A stretch of 37,763 nt of DNA from Acetobacteraceae bacterium. GTDB taxonomy: Bacteria; Pseudomonadota; Alphaproteobacteria; Acetobacterales; Acetobacteraceae. Below are positions 6,728-16,326 of this stretch, one piece after another. Within the stretch, counting starts at the first letter, position 1; each line of letters opens with the position of its first letter. A model generated the notes under the pieces. It searched no databases. It was given only the letters and a program-made list of their open reading frames with translations, and had not been told where the DNA came from. The DNA is taken from contig DAHUXX010000098.1 of the NCBI GenBank assembly GCA_027306955.1, positions 1 to 37,763 on the forward strand. Reading direction: 5' to 3'. The position numbers and the translations under genes are program-made.

Positions 6728-7557
6728 CACTTCTCTCCCTCGGTGAGGCCGCGCACGAACCAGCGCTGCATCGACAGCACGACGACCACGGGCGGGATGA
6801 GCGCGATCACCGCGGTCGCCATCACCTTGTTCCATTCCGTCGAGGTGTCGATGCCGATCATCTTCACGATGCCGATCACGATGGTGTCGAGGCTGGGGCT
6901 GGTCGCCACCACCAGCGGCCAGAGATACTGGTTCCAGCCATAGACGAAGAGGATCACGAACAGCGCGGCGAGATTGGCGGCCGAGACCGGGATCAGGATG
7001 TCCTTGAGGAAGCGCAACGGCCCCGCCCCGTCCATGCGCGCCGCCTCCACCAGCTCGTCGGGGATCGCGGCGAAGGTCTGGCGGAACAGCAGCGTCGCCG
7101 TCGCACTCGCGATCAGCGGCACGGCGAGGCCCGGGAATGTGTCGATCATGTGCAGGTCGCCCATCACCGCGTAGGTCGGGATGATCCGCACCTCGACCGG
7201 CAGCATCAGGGTGACGAAGATCGTCCAGAACGCGGTGCGGCGCAGCGGGAAGCGGAAGAACACCACGGCGAAGGCGGAAAGCACGGAAATCACGATCTTG
7301 CCGATGGCGATCGCCAGCGCCATACCGAAGGAGACCACCAGCATCCGCCACACCGGCGGCACGCCGGGCCCACCGTTCACCAACACATCCCAGAAGCTGC
7401 CGAGATGGTCGAGCCGCGGGATGAGCGACAGCTCGCCGCGATCAATCGCGGCCGGGTCGAGCGTCGCGGCGCAGAAGGCGAGCCAGATCGGCAGCGCGAA
7501 CAGCAGCGCGCCCAGGATCAGCACCGTATGCGCGAGCCAGTTCCGCGACCGCCTCAT
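6727..7557 (-). CDS. ugpE: sn-glycerol-3-phosphate ABC transporter permease
   Basis: 276-aa polytopic protein with the EAA loop ELVEAARMDGAGPLRFLKDILIPV. Its position in the ugpBAEC order supports the call. Confidence 0.88.
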   Translation of the reverse strand: MRRSRNWLAHTVLILGALLFALPIWLAFCAATLDPAAIDRGELSLIPRLDHLGSFWDVLVNGGPGVPPVWRMLVVSFGMALAIAIGKIVISVLSAFAVVFFRFPLRRTAFWTIFVTLMLPVEVRIIPTYAVMGDLHMIDTFPGLAVPLIASATATLLFRQTFAAIPDELVEAARMDGAGPLRFLKDILIPVSAANLAALFVILFVYGWNQYLWPLVVATSPSLDTIVIGIVKMIGIDTSTEWNKVMATAVIALIPPVVVVLSMQRWFVRGLTEGEK

Positions 7558-8435
7558 GTCCCGCTACGCCTGCCGATGAAGCGGAACTGCAAGGCCGTGA
7601 GCGCGACGACGCCCACCATCAGCACCACCGACTGCGCCGAGGACGAGCCGAGGTCGAGGTTGACCACACCGTCGTTGTAGACCTTGACCACGAGCGTCTC
7701 GGTCGCCATCGCCGGCCCGCCCTGCGTCATCGCCCAGATGGTGCCGAATGTGTCGAAGGCGGCATAGACGAGATCAACGATGACCAGGAAGAACAGGGTC
7801 GGGGAGAGCAGCGGCAGCACCACGGTGCGGAACCGGAACCAGCCGCGCGCGCCGTCCATCCGCGCCGCCTCGATCACCGCCTTGGGGATAGATTGCAGCC
7901 CGGCGATGACGAAGATGAAATTGTAGCTCACCTGCTTCCAGGCGCTGGCGAGGATCACCATCAGCATCGCCTGGTTGCCATTGAGCGCGTAGTCCCAGTT
8001 GACGCCGTGGCTGGTGAGAAACCGCCCGATGAAGCCGATCTGCGGATTGAGCAGCAGGATCCACAGCACCGCGGAGACCGCTGGGGCGACCGCGTAGGGC
8101 CAGATCATCAGCACGCGGTAGAGGTCGCGCCCGCGCAGTTCCCGGTCGGCGGCAACCGCGAGTATCAGGCCGAGCCCGAGCGAAAGTGCCGTGACCGCGG
8201 CACAGAACTCCACCGTGCGCAGGATCGCCGCGCGGTAGCGCGGGTCGGCGAACAGGTCGTGGAAATTCGCGAGGCCCACGAAAACCACATGCACCCCGAA
8301 CGCGTCGGTGCGCGTCAGGCTCTCCCAGCCGCCGACCAGCGCCGGCCAGTAGAAGAACACGATAGTGAGGACGAGCTGCGGGGCAACGAGCAGCAGCGGC
8401 AGCTTCCACCCTGCGAAGATGGTGCGTCGTTCCAT
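7554..8435 (-). CDS. ugpA: sn-glycerol-3-phosphate ABC transporter permease
   Basis: Starts MERRTIFAGWKLPLLLVAPQL.. (ATG at 8435). The EAA loop is VIEAARMDGARGWFRFRTVVLPLL. It overlaps ugpE by 4 nt. Confidence 0.88.
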   Translation of the reverse strand: MERRTIFAGWKLPLLLVAPQLVLTIVFFYWPALVGGWESLTRTDAFGVHVVFVGLANFHDLFADPRYRAAILRTVEFCAAVTALSLGLGLILAVAADRELRGRDLYRVLMIWPYAVAPAVSAVLWILLLNPQIGFIGRFLTSHGVNWDYALNGNQAMLMVILASAWKQVSYNFIFVIAGLQSIPKAVIEAARMDGARGWFRFRTVVLPLLSPTLFFLVIVDLVYAAFDTFGTIWAMTQGGPAMATETLVVKVYNDGVVNLDLGSSSAQSVVLMVGVVALTALQFRFIGRRSGT

Positions 8436-8500
8436 GCGCGAATGCGTAGGGGGGCCGCGACGGGAGGCACGGGCCGGGGTCGCCCCCGGCCCGCCCGGCC

Positions 8501-9865
8501 TCAGCCGCCGACCGACTTCTGGAACGCGCGCAGGACGGCGTTGCCGCGCGAGACGGTGTCGTCCAGCGCCTGCTTCGCCGTCTTTTTGCCGGCGAAGGCC
8601 TCCTCGCATTCCCCGTAGAGGATGTTGCGGATCTCCGGCAGCCGCCCGAGCCGCATGCCGCGCGTGTATGGCGTCACGGGACTGCGCAGCAGCGACTGGA
8701 TCGGCACGTCGGTGCCGGGGTTCTTCGCGTAATAGCCCTGTTTCTTCGAGAGCTCGTCACCCGCGAAGGTCACCGGCACGTAGCCGCTGTTCTGCGCCCA
8801 CATCGCGTCCTGCTCCGGCAGGGCGAGGAACTGGAAGAACGCGGCCACGGCCTTGTACTCGGCCTCCGTGCGGTGCGGCGCGGTCATCGCCCACAGGCTG
8901 GCACCACCGATGAACGTGTTGTGCGGCGTCTTGGAGACGGCCGGGTCCCATGGCATCAGCGCCTCGGCAAAGGCGAACTTGGCGTTGCGCACGATGTCGC
9001 CGCGCCCGGCCGACGAGCCGAAACCAATCGCGGCGACGCCGGAGTAGAACATCGGGTCAGGCGCGGAATCACGGCCGCCATACTTGAAGGTGCCTTCCTT
9101 GCCCATGTCCATGAAGCGCTGCAGTTGCGCCACATGCGCCGGCGAGTTGCACTCCAGCACCGCGCCGAGCCCGTTGAACCCGTCATCCTCGCTGGCAAAC
9201 GCGATGTCGTGGATGGCGCTGAACTCCTCGAACTGGATCCAGGTGAGCCAGGACGTGGTCAGCACATAGCGCGTCGGCCCGCCCTTGGCGTTCATGGGGT
9301 CCGCCCATTTCGCCTTCAGAACCTTCGCGGCGGCAACCACCTCGGGCCAGGTCTGCGGCGGCTTCTCCGCGTCGAGCCCGGCCATCTTGAAGGCGTCCTT
9401 GTTGTACCACATCACCGCCGTCGAGGAGTTGAACGGCATCGAGGCGAGCCGCCCGTCCGGCAGCGAGTAGTAGCCGCGCACCGCGGGGATGTAGGTGGAG
9501 GGCTTGATGTCCGCCCCGGTCTCCTTCGCGAGTTCCCAGATCTGCTTCACCGCCGGGCCCGCCGACAGCATCGTGCCGGTGCCGACATCGAACACCTGCG
9601 CCACGTTCGGCGCCTTGCCGGCGCGCCAGGCGGCGATCGAGGCGTTCAGCGTGTCCGGGTAGCTGCCCTTGAACACGGAGGTCAGCACGATGTCCTTGTG
9701 CGCCGCGTTGAACTGCTTGGTGATACGGTTGACCTGGTCGCCCAGCGCGCCGGACATCGAATGCCACCACGTGATGTGGACCGGCTCGGCGGCCAGCACC
9801 TTCACGACCGGCGCGGCGACGACCGGGGCCGCGGCGGCACCGGCAAGAAGCGTTCTGCGTTTCAT
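8501..9865 (-). CDS. ugpB: sn-glycerol-3-phosphate ABC transporter periplasmic binding protein
   Basis: Starts MKRRTLLAGAAAAPVVAAPVV.. (signal peptide, ATG at 9865), followed by a family-1 solute-binding protein sequence. It is the first gene of the co-directional ugpBAEC set. Confidence 0.88.
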   Translation of the reverse strand: MKRRTLLAGAAAAPVVAAPVVKVLAAEPVHITWWHSMSGALGDQVNRITKQFNAAHKDIVLTSVFKGSYPDTLNASIAAWRAGKAPNVAQVFDVGTGTMLSAGPAVKQIWELAKETGADIKPSTYIPAVRGYYSLPDGRLASMPFNSSTAVMWYNKDAFKMAGLDAEKPPQTWPEVVAAAKVLKAKWADPMNAKGGPTRYVLTTSWLTWIQFEEFSAIHDIAFASEDDGFNGLGAVLECNSPAHVAQLQRFMDMGKEGTFKYGGRDSAPDPMFYSGVAAIGFGSSAGRGDIVRNAKFAFAEALMPWDPAVSKTPHNTFIGGASLWAMTAPHRTEAEYKAVAAFFQFLALPEQDAMWAQNSGYVPVTFAGDELSKKQGYYAKNPGTDVPIQSLLRSPVTPYTRGMRLGRLPEIRNILYGECEEAFAGKKTAKQALDDTVSRGNAVLRAFQKSVGG

Positions 9866-9927
9866 TCCCAGAATTCCCTCGCTGTTGGGATAACGGTTGG
9901 GGCGTAGTGACCGCCCGTTTCGGACGT

Positions 9928-9945
9928 GTGACACTTATATGACAG
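9928..9945 (-). promoter_or_regulatory. PHO box (PhoB binding site) upstream of ugpB
   Basis: The minus strand reads CTGTCATATAAGTGTCAC. This matches the E. coli consensus CTGTCATA(A/T)A(T/A)CTGTCA(C/T) at 17 of 18 positions. The proximal edge is 63 bp upstream of the ugpB ATG. Confidence 0.6.
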
Positions 9946-10021
9946 AGCGGTGAAGGTCGAGAGCGCTTGCCGCCCTCCGGCGTGGGAAGCTAGAGGAATT
10001 CCGTCATCTCGCGAGCGCAGC

Positions 10022-10537
10022 ATGGACCTCAAGGACCACATCCGCGGCATCCCGGACTTCCCCAAGCCCGGCATCCTCTTCTACGACATCTCCACCCTGC
10101 TGCGGCACGCCGATGCCTGGCAGGTGGCGATGGGCCGCATGGCCCGCGTCGTCGCCGCCTGGCAGCCGGACCTCATCGCCGGCATCGAGTCGCGCGGCTT
10201 TCTCATTTCGGCCCCGCTCGCGCTCAAGCTCGGCTGCGGCTTCATCATGCTGCGCAAGCGCGCCAAGCTGCCGGGGGTCACCATCGGGCTCGACTACGCG
10301 CTGGAATACGGCTCGGACCGCATCGAGATCCAGGAGGACGCGATCCGCCCCGGCCACCGCGTCGTGATCGTGGACGACCTGCTGGCCACCGGGGGCACCA
10401 TGGCGGCCGGCATCGCGCTGTTGCGCCGCGTGGGCGCCATCGTGCCGGGGGCGGCGGGGCTGATCGAGCTGACCTTCCTCAACGGCCGCAAGAAGCTGGA
10501 CGTCCCCTTCGAGGCGCTCGTCGCGTATGACGAGTAA
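10022..10537 (+). CDS. apt: adenine phosphoribosyltransferase
   Basis: [24 protein letters not shown]... and the PRPP loop [13 protein letters not shown]. Length is 171 aa. Confidence 0.92.
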   Translation: MDLKDHIRGIPDFPKPGILFYDISTLLRHADAWQVAMGRMARVVAAWQPDLIAGIESRGFLISAPLALKLGCGFIMLRKRAKLPGVTIGLDYALEYGSDRIEIQEDAIRPGHRVVIVDDLLATGGTMAAGIALLRRVGAIVPGAAGLIELTFLNGRKKLDVPFEALVAYDE

Positions 10538-10590
10538 CGCCGCAGCTCACCGCTAACCCGCCGCTAACCCGCCGCCGCCATGCTCGGCGC

Positions 10591-11553
10591 ATGCGGCGCC
10601 TCCTCCTCGCGGACCGGGTCAAGGGACGGGCGGACAGCTTCCTCGCCCCCCTGATCCCGGCGCTGGAACGCGACTGGGAGGTGCGGTTCGTCTCCCTGCC
10701 GCCCGGCCCGGAACTCGCCGACGCCATCGCATGGTGCGACGTGCTGTGGCTGGAATGGTGCTGGGACCATGCCGTCTGGGTGACGCGGGAGGGCATCGCC
10801 GCCGGCCGGCCCACCATCCTGCGCCTGCATTCCGTCGAGGCGCTCAACACGGACTACCCGACCCGGATCGACTGGTCGCGTGTCGACCGCCTCGTCACCG
10901 TGGGCGAGGACATCGCGGCGCTGATCCGCCCCGGCGTGCCCGTCGCCCCGGCCGTCATTCCCAACGGCGTCGACCTCGCCCGCTTCCGCCCGGGGATGCC
11001 CGACCCGGCGCAGGTCGCCTGGATCGGCCATATCGAGCCGAAAAAGAACCCGATGCTGCTGCTGCAGATCGCGGCACGGCTGCGCGGGACGCACGAATTC
11101 CACGTCGCCGGCCCGTTCACCGACCTGCGCACCCGCCGCTACGTGCTGCACCTCGCGGCATCGCTCGGCCTCGGCGACACCCTGCGCCTGCATGGCCCCG
11201 TGGCAGACATGCCAGGCTTCCTCGCCGACAAGGGCGTGATCCTCTCGACATCGATGTACGAGAGCTTCGGCCTCAACATCGCGGAGGGCATGAGCTGCGG
11301 ACTGGCGCCCGTGGTGCACGACTTCCCCGGCGCGGACCGACTCTGGCCACCGGAAGCATTGTTCGCCAGCGTGGACGAGGCAGTGGCGCTGATCCGCGCG
11401 GCATCGCCAGGGCAGCACTGGCGCGATTGGGTTGGCCGGTACGGCCTGGATCGGCAGGCTGACGCTACCCGGGCACTGCTCGCGGGGCTCCGCCCCGCGC
11501 CCCGCCAGGGACCTCGGTCCCTGGACCCTATTTCTTCGGCAAGTCCAGTCTGA
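10591..11553 (+). CDS. glycosyltransferase, GT-B fold (GT4-like)
   Basis: The C-terminal half carries the GT1/GT4 signature ...[29 protein letters not shown]. The 3' end overlaps the convergent aspS 3' end by 26 nt, so the exact C-terminus is uncertain. Confidence 0.65.
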   Translation: MRRLLLADRVKGRADSFLAPLIPALERDWEVRFVSLPPGPELADAIAWCDVLWLEWCWDHAVWVTREGIAAGRPTILRLHSVEALNTDYPTRIDWSRVDRLVTVGEDIAALIRPGVPVAPAVIPNGVDLARFRPGMPDPAQVAWIGHIEPKKNPMLLLQIAARLRGTHEFHVAGPFTDLRTRRYVLHLAASLGLGDTLRLHGPVADMPGFLADKGVILSTSMYESFGLNIAEGMSCGLAPVVHDFPGADRLWPPEALFASVDEAVALIRAASPGQHWRDWVGRYGLDRQADATRALLAGLRPAPRQGPRSLDPISSASPV

Positions 11554-13303
11554 GCGAAAGTTCGCGCAGGCGCGCGGGGGGCACTTCCGCCGGCGCGCCC
11601 ATCATCAGGTCCTCGCCCTGCTGGTTGAGCGGGAACAGGATCACCTCGCGGATATTCGGCTCGTCCGCCAGCAGCATCACGATGCGGTCGATCCCCGGGG
11701 CCGAACCGCCGTGCGGCGGCGCGCCGTAGCGGAACGCGTTCAGCATGCCGCCGAACCGCGCCTCCACATCCGCCGCGGTGTAGCCCGCGATCTCGAACGC
11801 CCGGATCATGATGTCCGGCCGGTGGTTGCGGATGGCGCCGGATGACAGTTCGATACCGTTACAAACGATGTCGTATTGATACGCCTTGATCGAGAGCGGG
11901 TCCTGCATCTCCAGCGCCTCGAGCCCACCCTGCGGCATCGAGAACGGGTTGTGGCTGAAGTCGACCCTCCCGGTCTCCTCGTTGATCTCATACATCGGGA
12001 AGTCGGTGATCCAGCAGAAACGGAATGCATCCGGCTCGATCAGGCCGAGATCCTCGCCAAGCTTCGTGCGCACCTTGCCGGCGAACTTCGCCGTCTCATC
12101 CCCTTTGCCCGCGGCGAAGAAAACCGAATCCCCGGGCTTGAGGCCGCACGCCACCCGGATCGCCTCCGCCCGCCCAGCCTCGAGGTTGCGCGCGATCGGC
12201 CCCTTCGGACCCTCCGCCTCGAACTGGATGTAGCCGAGCCCGCCGGCCCCTTCCTCACGCGCCCACTCGTTGAGCTTGTCGAAGAAGCTGCGGGGATTGG
12301 CCGCCGTCCCCGGCGCCGGGATCGCGCGCACGATGCCGCCGGAGGCCGCGATCTTCGCGAACAGCCCGAAGCCCGAGCCCGCGAAATGCTCCGTCACATC
12401 CGTGATCGTGAGCGGGTTGCGCAGGTCCGGCTTGTCGGAGCCATAGGTCAGCAGCGCCTGCGCATACGGAATGCGCGGGAACCGCCCCTGCGTGACCGCC
12501 CGGCCGTTGGCGAACTCCTCGAACACGCCCGCGATCACCGGCTCGATCGTTTCGAACACGTCCTCCTGCGTCACGAAGCTCATTTCGAAGTCGAGCTGGT
12601 AGAACTCGCCGGGGGAGCGGTCCGCCCGGCTCGCCTCGTCGCGGAAGCAGGGCGCGATCTGGAAGTAGCGGTCGAAGCCCGCGACCATCGCGAGCTGCTT
12701 GAACTGCTGGGGCGCCTGCGGCAGCGCATAGAACTTGCCCGGGTGCAGCCGTGCCGGCACCAGGAAGTCGCGCGCGCCCTCCGGCGAGGAGGCGGTCAGG
12801 ATCGGCGTCTGGAACTCGGTGAACCCGGCCTCGATCATCCGCCGGCGGATCGAGGCGATCACCTGCGCGCGCAGCATGATGTTGCGGTGCACCCGCTCGC
12901 GCCGAAGGTCGATGAAGCGGTACTTGAGCCGGATCTCGTCCGGGAAACGTTCCTCACCCGCCACCTGCATCGGCAGCACCTCGGCGGCGGACTGTACCTC
13001 GAGCGCCTCGGCGCGCAGCTCCACCTCGCCGGTGGGCAGCTTCGGGTTCACCGTGCCCTCGGCGCGCGCCACCACGGTGCCGGTGACAGTGATGACGCTC
13101 TCCACGCGCACCTGCTCGGCGGCGGCGAAGGCCGGGGTGCCCGCGGCAAACACGCATTGCGTGATGCCGTAATGGTCGCGCAGGTCGATGAACAGCAGCC
13201 CGCCGTGGTCGCGCCTGGCGTGCACCCAGCCTGAAAGCCGGGCCGGCTTGCCGGCGTCGGACGCGCGCAGCGCGGCGCAGGTATGGGTGCGATAGGCGTG
13301 CAT
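11528..13303 (-). CDS. aspS: aspartate--tRNA ligase
   Basis: 591 aa. It has an N-terminal OB fold ([22 protein letters not shown]) and class II motifs ([12 protein letters not shown]..., GSAPGIDR). Confidence 0.95.
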   Translation of the reverse strand: MHAYRTHTCAALRASDAGKPARLSGWVHARRDHGGLLFIDLRDHYGITQCVFAAGTPAFAAAEQVRVESVITVTGTVVARAEGTVNPKLPTGEVELRAEALEVQSAAEVLPMQVAGEERFPDEIRLKYRFIDLRRERVHRNIMLRAQVIASIRRRMIEAGFTEFQTPILTASSPEGARDFLVPARLHPGKFYALPQAPQQFKQLAMVAGFDRYFQIAPCFRDEASRADRSPGEFYQLDFEMSFVTQEDVFETIEPVIAGVFEEFANGRAVTQGRFPRIPYAQALLTYGSDKPDLRNPLTITDVTEHFAGSGFGLFAKIAASGGIVRAIPAPGTAANPRSFFDKLNEWAREEGAGGLGYIQFEAEGPKGPIARNLEAGRAEAIRVACGLKPGDSVFFAAGKGDETAKFAGKVRTKLGEDLGLIEPDAFRFCWITDFPMYEINEETGRVDFSHNPFSMPQGGLEALEMQDPLSIKAYQYDIVCNGIELSSGAIRNHRPDIMIRAFEIAGYTAADVEARFGGMLNAFRYGAPPHGGSAPGIDRIVMLLADEPNIREVILFPLNQQGEDLMMGAPAEVPPARLRELSLRLDLPKK

Positions 13304-13330
13304 GGCTGGTTCTCGGCTGGTTCTGGGCTG
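13304..13330. repeat. 11-bp tandem repeat (GGCTGGTTCTC / GGCTGGTTCTG / GGCTG), ~2.5 copies
   Basis: Read directly. It abuts the aspS start codon and so forms the last 27 nt of the aspS 5' leader. Confidence 0.9.
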
Positions 13331-13413
13331 AAGCGGGCGGCAAACAAGCCGCCGCCCCCCCGACTGTCAAGGCGAAGGGTGTCAAGCTTACGGGTCACGG
13401 TGTAGGGAGGGGC

Positions 13414-14592
13414 ATGCCCAGGCAAGATCGCCCTACCTTCCCGGCCCCCGTCCTCATCACCGACACCGCCAGCCTCGCCGCCCTGTGCGAACGCCTCGTC
13501 CGCGAGACCGTGGTGACCGTGGACACGGAATTCATGCGCGAGCGGACCTATTGGCCGGAACTCTGCGTGGTGCAGCTTGGCGGGGCGGCCGAGACCGCGG
13601 TGGTGGACGCGCTGGCGCCGGGCCTGGACCTCGCGCCCCTTGGCGCGCTGCTCGCCAATCCCGCCGTCACCAAGGTGTTCCACGCCGCTCGCCAGGATAT
13701 CGAGATCTTCGTGCTCAAGTTCAGCGCCGTGCCGACGCCGCTGGTCGACACCCAGGTCGCCGCCATGGTGGCGGGCTTCGGTGACCAGGTCGGGTACGAC
13801 ACGCTCGTCGCCTCGCTCACCGGCGGGCATATCGACAAGTCGCATCGCTTCAGCGACTGGTCGGCGCGCCCGCTCTCGCAGGCGCAGATCGCCTATGCGG
13901 CCGCGGATGTGACGCACCTGCGACTGGTCTACGAGAAGCTGATGGCGCGCCTGTCGCGCGACGGGCGCATCGAATGGGTGGCGGAGGAAATGGCGAGCCT
14001 GGCCGACCCCGCGACCTACCGCGTCGACCCGGAACGGATGTGGGAGCGGCTGCGCGCGCGCAGCAACAACCGGCGGATGCTGGGCATGCTGCGCGCCATC
14101 GCCGCCTGGCGCGAGCGCGAGGCGCAGCGCGCCAACATCCCGCGCGGGCGCATGCTGAAGGACGAGTCGCTGCTGGAGCTCGCGGCCAGCGCGCCCACCG
14201 ACGCCATCGGCCTCGCCCGCGTGCGAGGCATCTCCAAGGGTTTCGCGGAGGGCAAGCAGGGCGCCTCGCTCCTCGCCGCGATGGACGAGGCGCGCGCCCT
14301 GCCGGAAAGCGAGCTGCCCAGCCCGCCCGCCGACAGGCACGGCCCGCGCGCCTCGCCCGCGCTCGTCGCCCTGCTCAAGGTGCTGCTCGCCGCGAGCTGC
14401 GAGGCGCATGACGTCGCGCCGCGGCTCGTCGCCTCCTCCGACGATCTCGATCGCATCGCCGTGGGCGAGCCCGATGTCCCGGCGCTTGCCGGCTGGCGGC
14501 AGCGCGTCTTCGGCGAGCAGGCAATCGCCTTGCGGGATGGCAAGCTCGCCCTCGGCGTCGCCGGCAAGCGGATCAAGACGATTCCGCTGTGA
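13414..14592 (+). CDS. rnd: ribonuclease D
   Basis: The DEDDy exonuclease motifs are present (VTVDTEFMRE..., FHAARQDIE, AYAAADVTHL), followed by an HRDC-type region. GGGAGGGG lies upstream of the ATG. Confidence 0.9.
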   Translation: MPRQDRPTFPAPVLITDTASLAALCERLVRETVVTVDTEFMRERTYWPELCVVQLGGAAETAVVDALAPGLDLAPLGALLANPAVTKVFHAARQDIEIFVLKFSAVPTPLVDTQVAAMVAGFGDQVGYDTLVASLTGGHIDKSHRFSDWSARPLSQAQIAYAAADVTHLRLVYEKLMARLSRDGRIEWVAEEMASLADPATYRVDPERMWERLRARSNNRRMLGMLRAIAAWREREAQRANIPRGRMLKDESLLELAASAPTDAIGLARVRGISKGFAEGKQGASLLAAMDEARALPESELPSPPADRHGPRASPALVALLKVLLAASCEAHDVAPRLVASSDDLDRIAVGEPDVPALAGWRQRVFGEQAIALRDGKLALGVAGKRIKTIPL

Positions 14593-15291
14593 TCATGCCG
14601 CGTCGTGCAGAATGACGCCGAACGTCATTCGTGTCCCGGAACGGATGCGGCTCACGCCGTGGCGCAGCGCCACGCGGTAGGTCCCGCGCGTGCCCCCCAC
14701 CGGTCGCTCGCGGGTCGCGAACACCACCGCGTCCCCCTGCCCCAGCGCCACCACCTCGGCGCGAGACTGCATCCGCGGCCGCTGCTCCGTCAGCACGAAC
14801 TCGCCGCCAGCAAAATCCTCGCCCGGCCGGCTGAGCAGGATCGCCGCCTGCAGCGGAAACACCACTTCGCCGTAGATGTCCTGGTGCAGCGCGTTCCAGT
14901 CGCCCTCGCCGTAGCGCAGCAACAGCGGCGTGGGTCGCGTCTGTCCCGCGGCGGCGCAACGCGCGAGGAATTCCGCGTGCTCCGCTGGTAGGGCCTCGCC
15001 GCCAAGTGCCTGGCGCCATCGGTTCGCAACCGGCACAAGCCGCGTGTAGAGCAAAGCGCGCATCGCAACCAGCCAGGCCGGCAGCGGATCAGCGAAATAC
15101 TTGTACTCGCCACTGCCGAACCCGTGCCGCCCCATGACGATGCGGCTGCGGAACAGTGACTCGTGCCCGTAGAGTGCCGCGACCTCGGCGCAGGCCTCCG
15201 CCGTCAGCATGCCGGCGACCCGCGCGCAGCCCTGCGCGTCCAGCGTCTCGCCGATCCCTGACCAGTCGCCGTCCGGCACGATGCATGTCAT
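14593..15291 (-). CDS. 2OG-Fe(II) oxygenase superfamily protein (prolyl-hydroxylase-like)
   Basis: Contains NALHQDIYGE (H-x-D), a distal His and Arg in ...YRVALRHGVSRIRSGTRMTFGVILHDA, and a jelly-roll-like length of 232 aa. The substrate is unknown. Confidence 0.65.
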   Translation of the reverse strand: MTCIVPDGDWSGIGETLDAQGCARVAGMLTAEACAEVAALYGHESLFRSRIVMGRHGFGSGEYKYFADPLPAWLVAMRALLYTRLVPVANRWRQALGGEALPAEHAEFLARCAAAGQTRPTPLLLRYGEGDWNALHQDIYGEVVFPLQAAILLSRPGEDFAGGEFVLTEQRPRMQSRAEVVALGQGDAVVFATRERPVGGTRGTYRVALRHGVSRIRSGTRMTFGVILHDAA

Positions 15292-15343
15292 GCCCGGACC
15301 CTATACCGGCCGCGTATCGCGCACCCTCCGTCGCTTGCGCCGG

Positions 15344-16264
15344 CTAATAGATCGCCGGCACGAATTTCTGCTTGCTGAATTTCGACCGCCTGTAGCCCTG
15401 GTCGCTCTGCCGCGGCGGCAGGTCGATCTCCACCGGCACCATGTCGTGGTACGGCACCTGGCTCAGCAGATGCGCGATGCAGTTGAGCCGTGCGCGCTTC
15501 TTGTCGTCGGCATCCACCACATTCCACGGACTTGTCCTGGTGTCCGTCGCCGCGAACATCGCGTCCTTGGCGCGGGAATAATCCACCCACCGCCGCCGCG
15601 CCTCGAGGTCCATCGCCGAGAGCTTCCAGCGCTTGACCGGGTTGCGCATGCGCGCCTGGAACCGCTGCTCCTGCTCCTCGTCGCTCACCGAGAACCAGTA
15701 TTTCACCAGCACCATGCCGGAGCGGATCAGCATCTCCTCGAATTGCGGGCTGGCGCGAAGGAAGTCCTCGTATTCCTCCTGCGTGCAGAACCCCATCACG
15801 TGCTCCACGCCGGCGCGGTTGTACCAGGAGCGGTCGAACAGCACGATCTCGCCGGCCGCCGGCAACTGCGCCACGTAGCGCTGGAAGTACCATTGGCTGC
15901 GCTCGCGGTCGGTCGGCGTGCCAAGCGCCACGATGCGGCAGTAGCGCGGATTGAGGCTCTGCGCGATGCGCGTGATGACGCCGCCCTTGCCCGCGGCATC
16001 GCGCCCCTCGAACAGCACGCAGACGCGCAGGCCCTTGCGCCGCACCCATTCCTGCAGCTTGAGCAGCTCGAACTGCAGCTTCGCCAGTTCCTCGACGTAG
16101 TGGTAGTCCTTCGGCGGCTTGGCGAGCTGGGAGCGCCGGCCCAGCTCCCAGTACTGCTCGAGCTGCGCGGACTCGCCAACGCGCTCGGCGATTTCGCCGC
16201 CGTTGCCCGCGCCGCCGTTGTCGTCCTTGCCGTTCTTGCGGGCCTTACCGTCCTTCTTGCCCAT
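15344..16264 (-). CDS. ppk2: polyphosphate kinase 2 (single-domain PPK2)
   Basis: Contains LFEGRDAAGKGG (Walker A), ..FDRSWYNR.., and a lid region. The start is set at MGKKDGK.. (ATG at 16264) with GGAGG 5-10 nt upstream. Confidence 0.9.
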   Translation of the reverse strand: MGKKDGKARKNGKDDNGGAGNGGEIAERVGESAQLEQYWELGRRSQLAKPPKDYHYVEELAKLQFELLKLQEWVRRKGLRVCVLFEGRDAAGKGGVITRIAQSLNPRYCRIVALGTPTDRERSQWYFQRYVAQLPAAGEIVLFDRSWYNRAGVEHVMGFCTQEEYEDFLRASPQFEEMLIRSGMVLVKYWFSVSDEEQEQRFQARMRNPVKRWKLSAMDLEARRRWVDYSRAKDAMFAATDTRTSPWNVVDADDKKRARLNCIAHLLSQVPYHDMVPVEIDLPPRQSDQGYRRSKFSKQKFVPAIY

Positions 16265-16326
16265 CCAACGCCTCCCGGTTCGGCGGAAGCGTAGCATCCG
16301 GCCCGGCTCGCGTCAGGCGTCTCGTG

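Noticed and set aside
6728-7351. The long N-terminal extension of the ugpC ORF (564 aa in the track). Similar extensions occur on the lysC (32493..34421), ubiG (32652..34460), ugpA, ugpB, purM and AI-2E ORFs.
   Set aside because: The extensions overlap neighbouring real genes in other frames and are compositionally non-protein-like. Family-typical N-termini (MATLVIEK.., MARIVMKFGG.., MAEQAEIAGF.. and the like) start at internal Met codons, often with SD sequences or stop/start overlaps.
10564-11418. The 284-aa minus-strand ORF opposite the glycosyltransferase gene.
   Set aside because: The + strand frame carries the GT-B/GT4 C-terminal signature ([19 protein letters not shown]). The minus frame has no motif and shows typical antisense composition.
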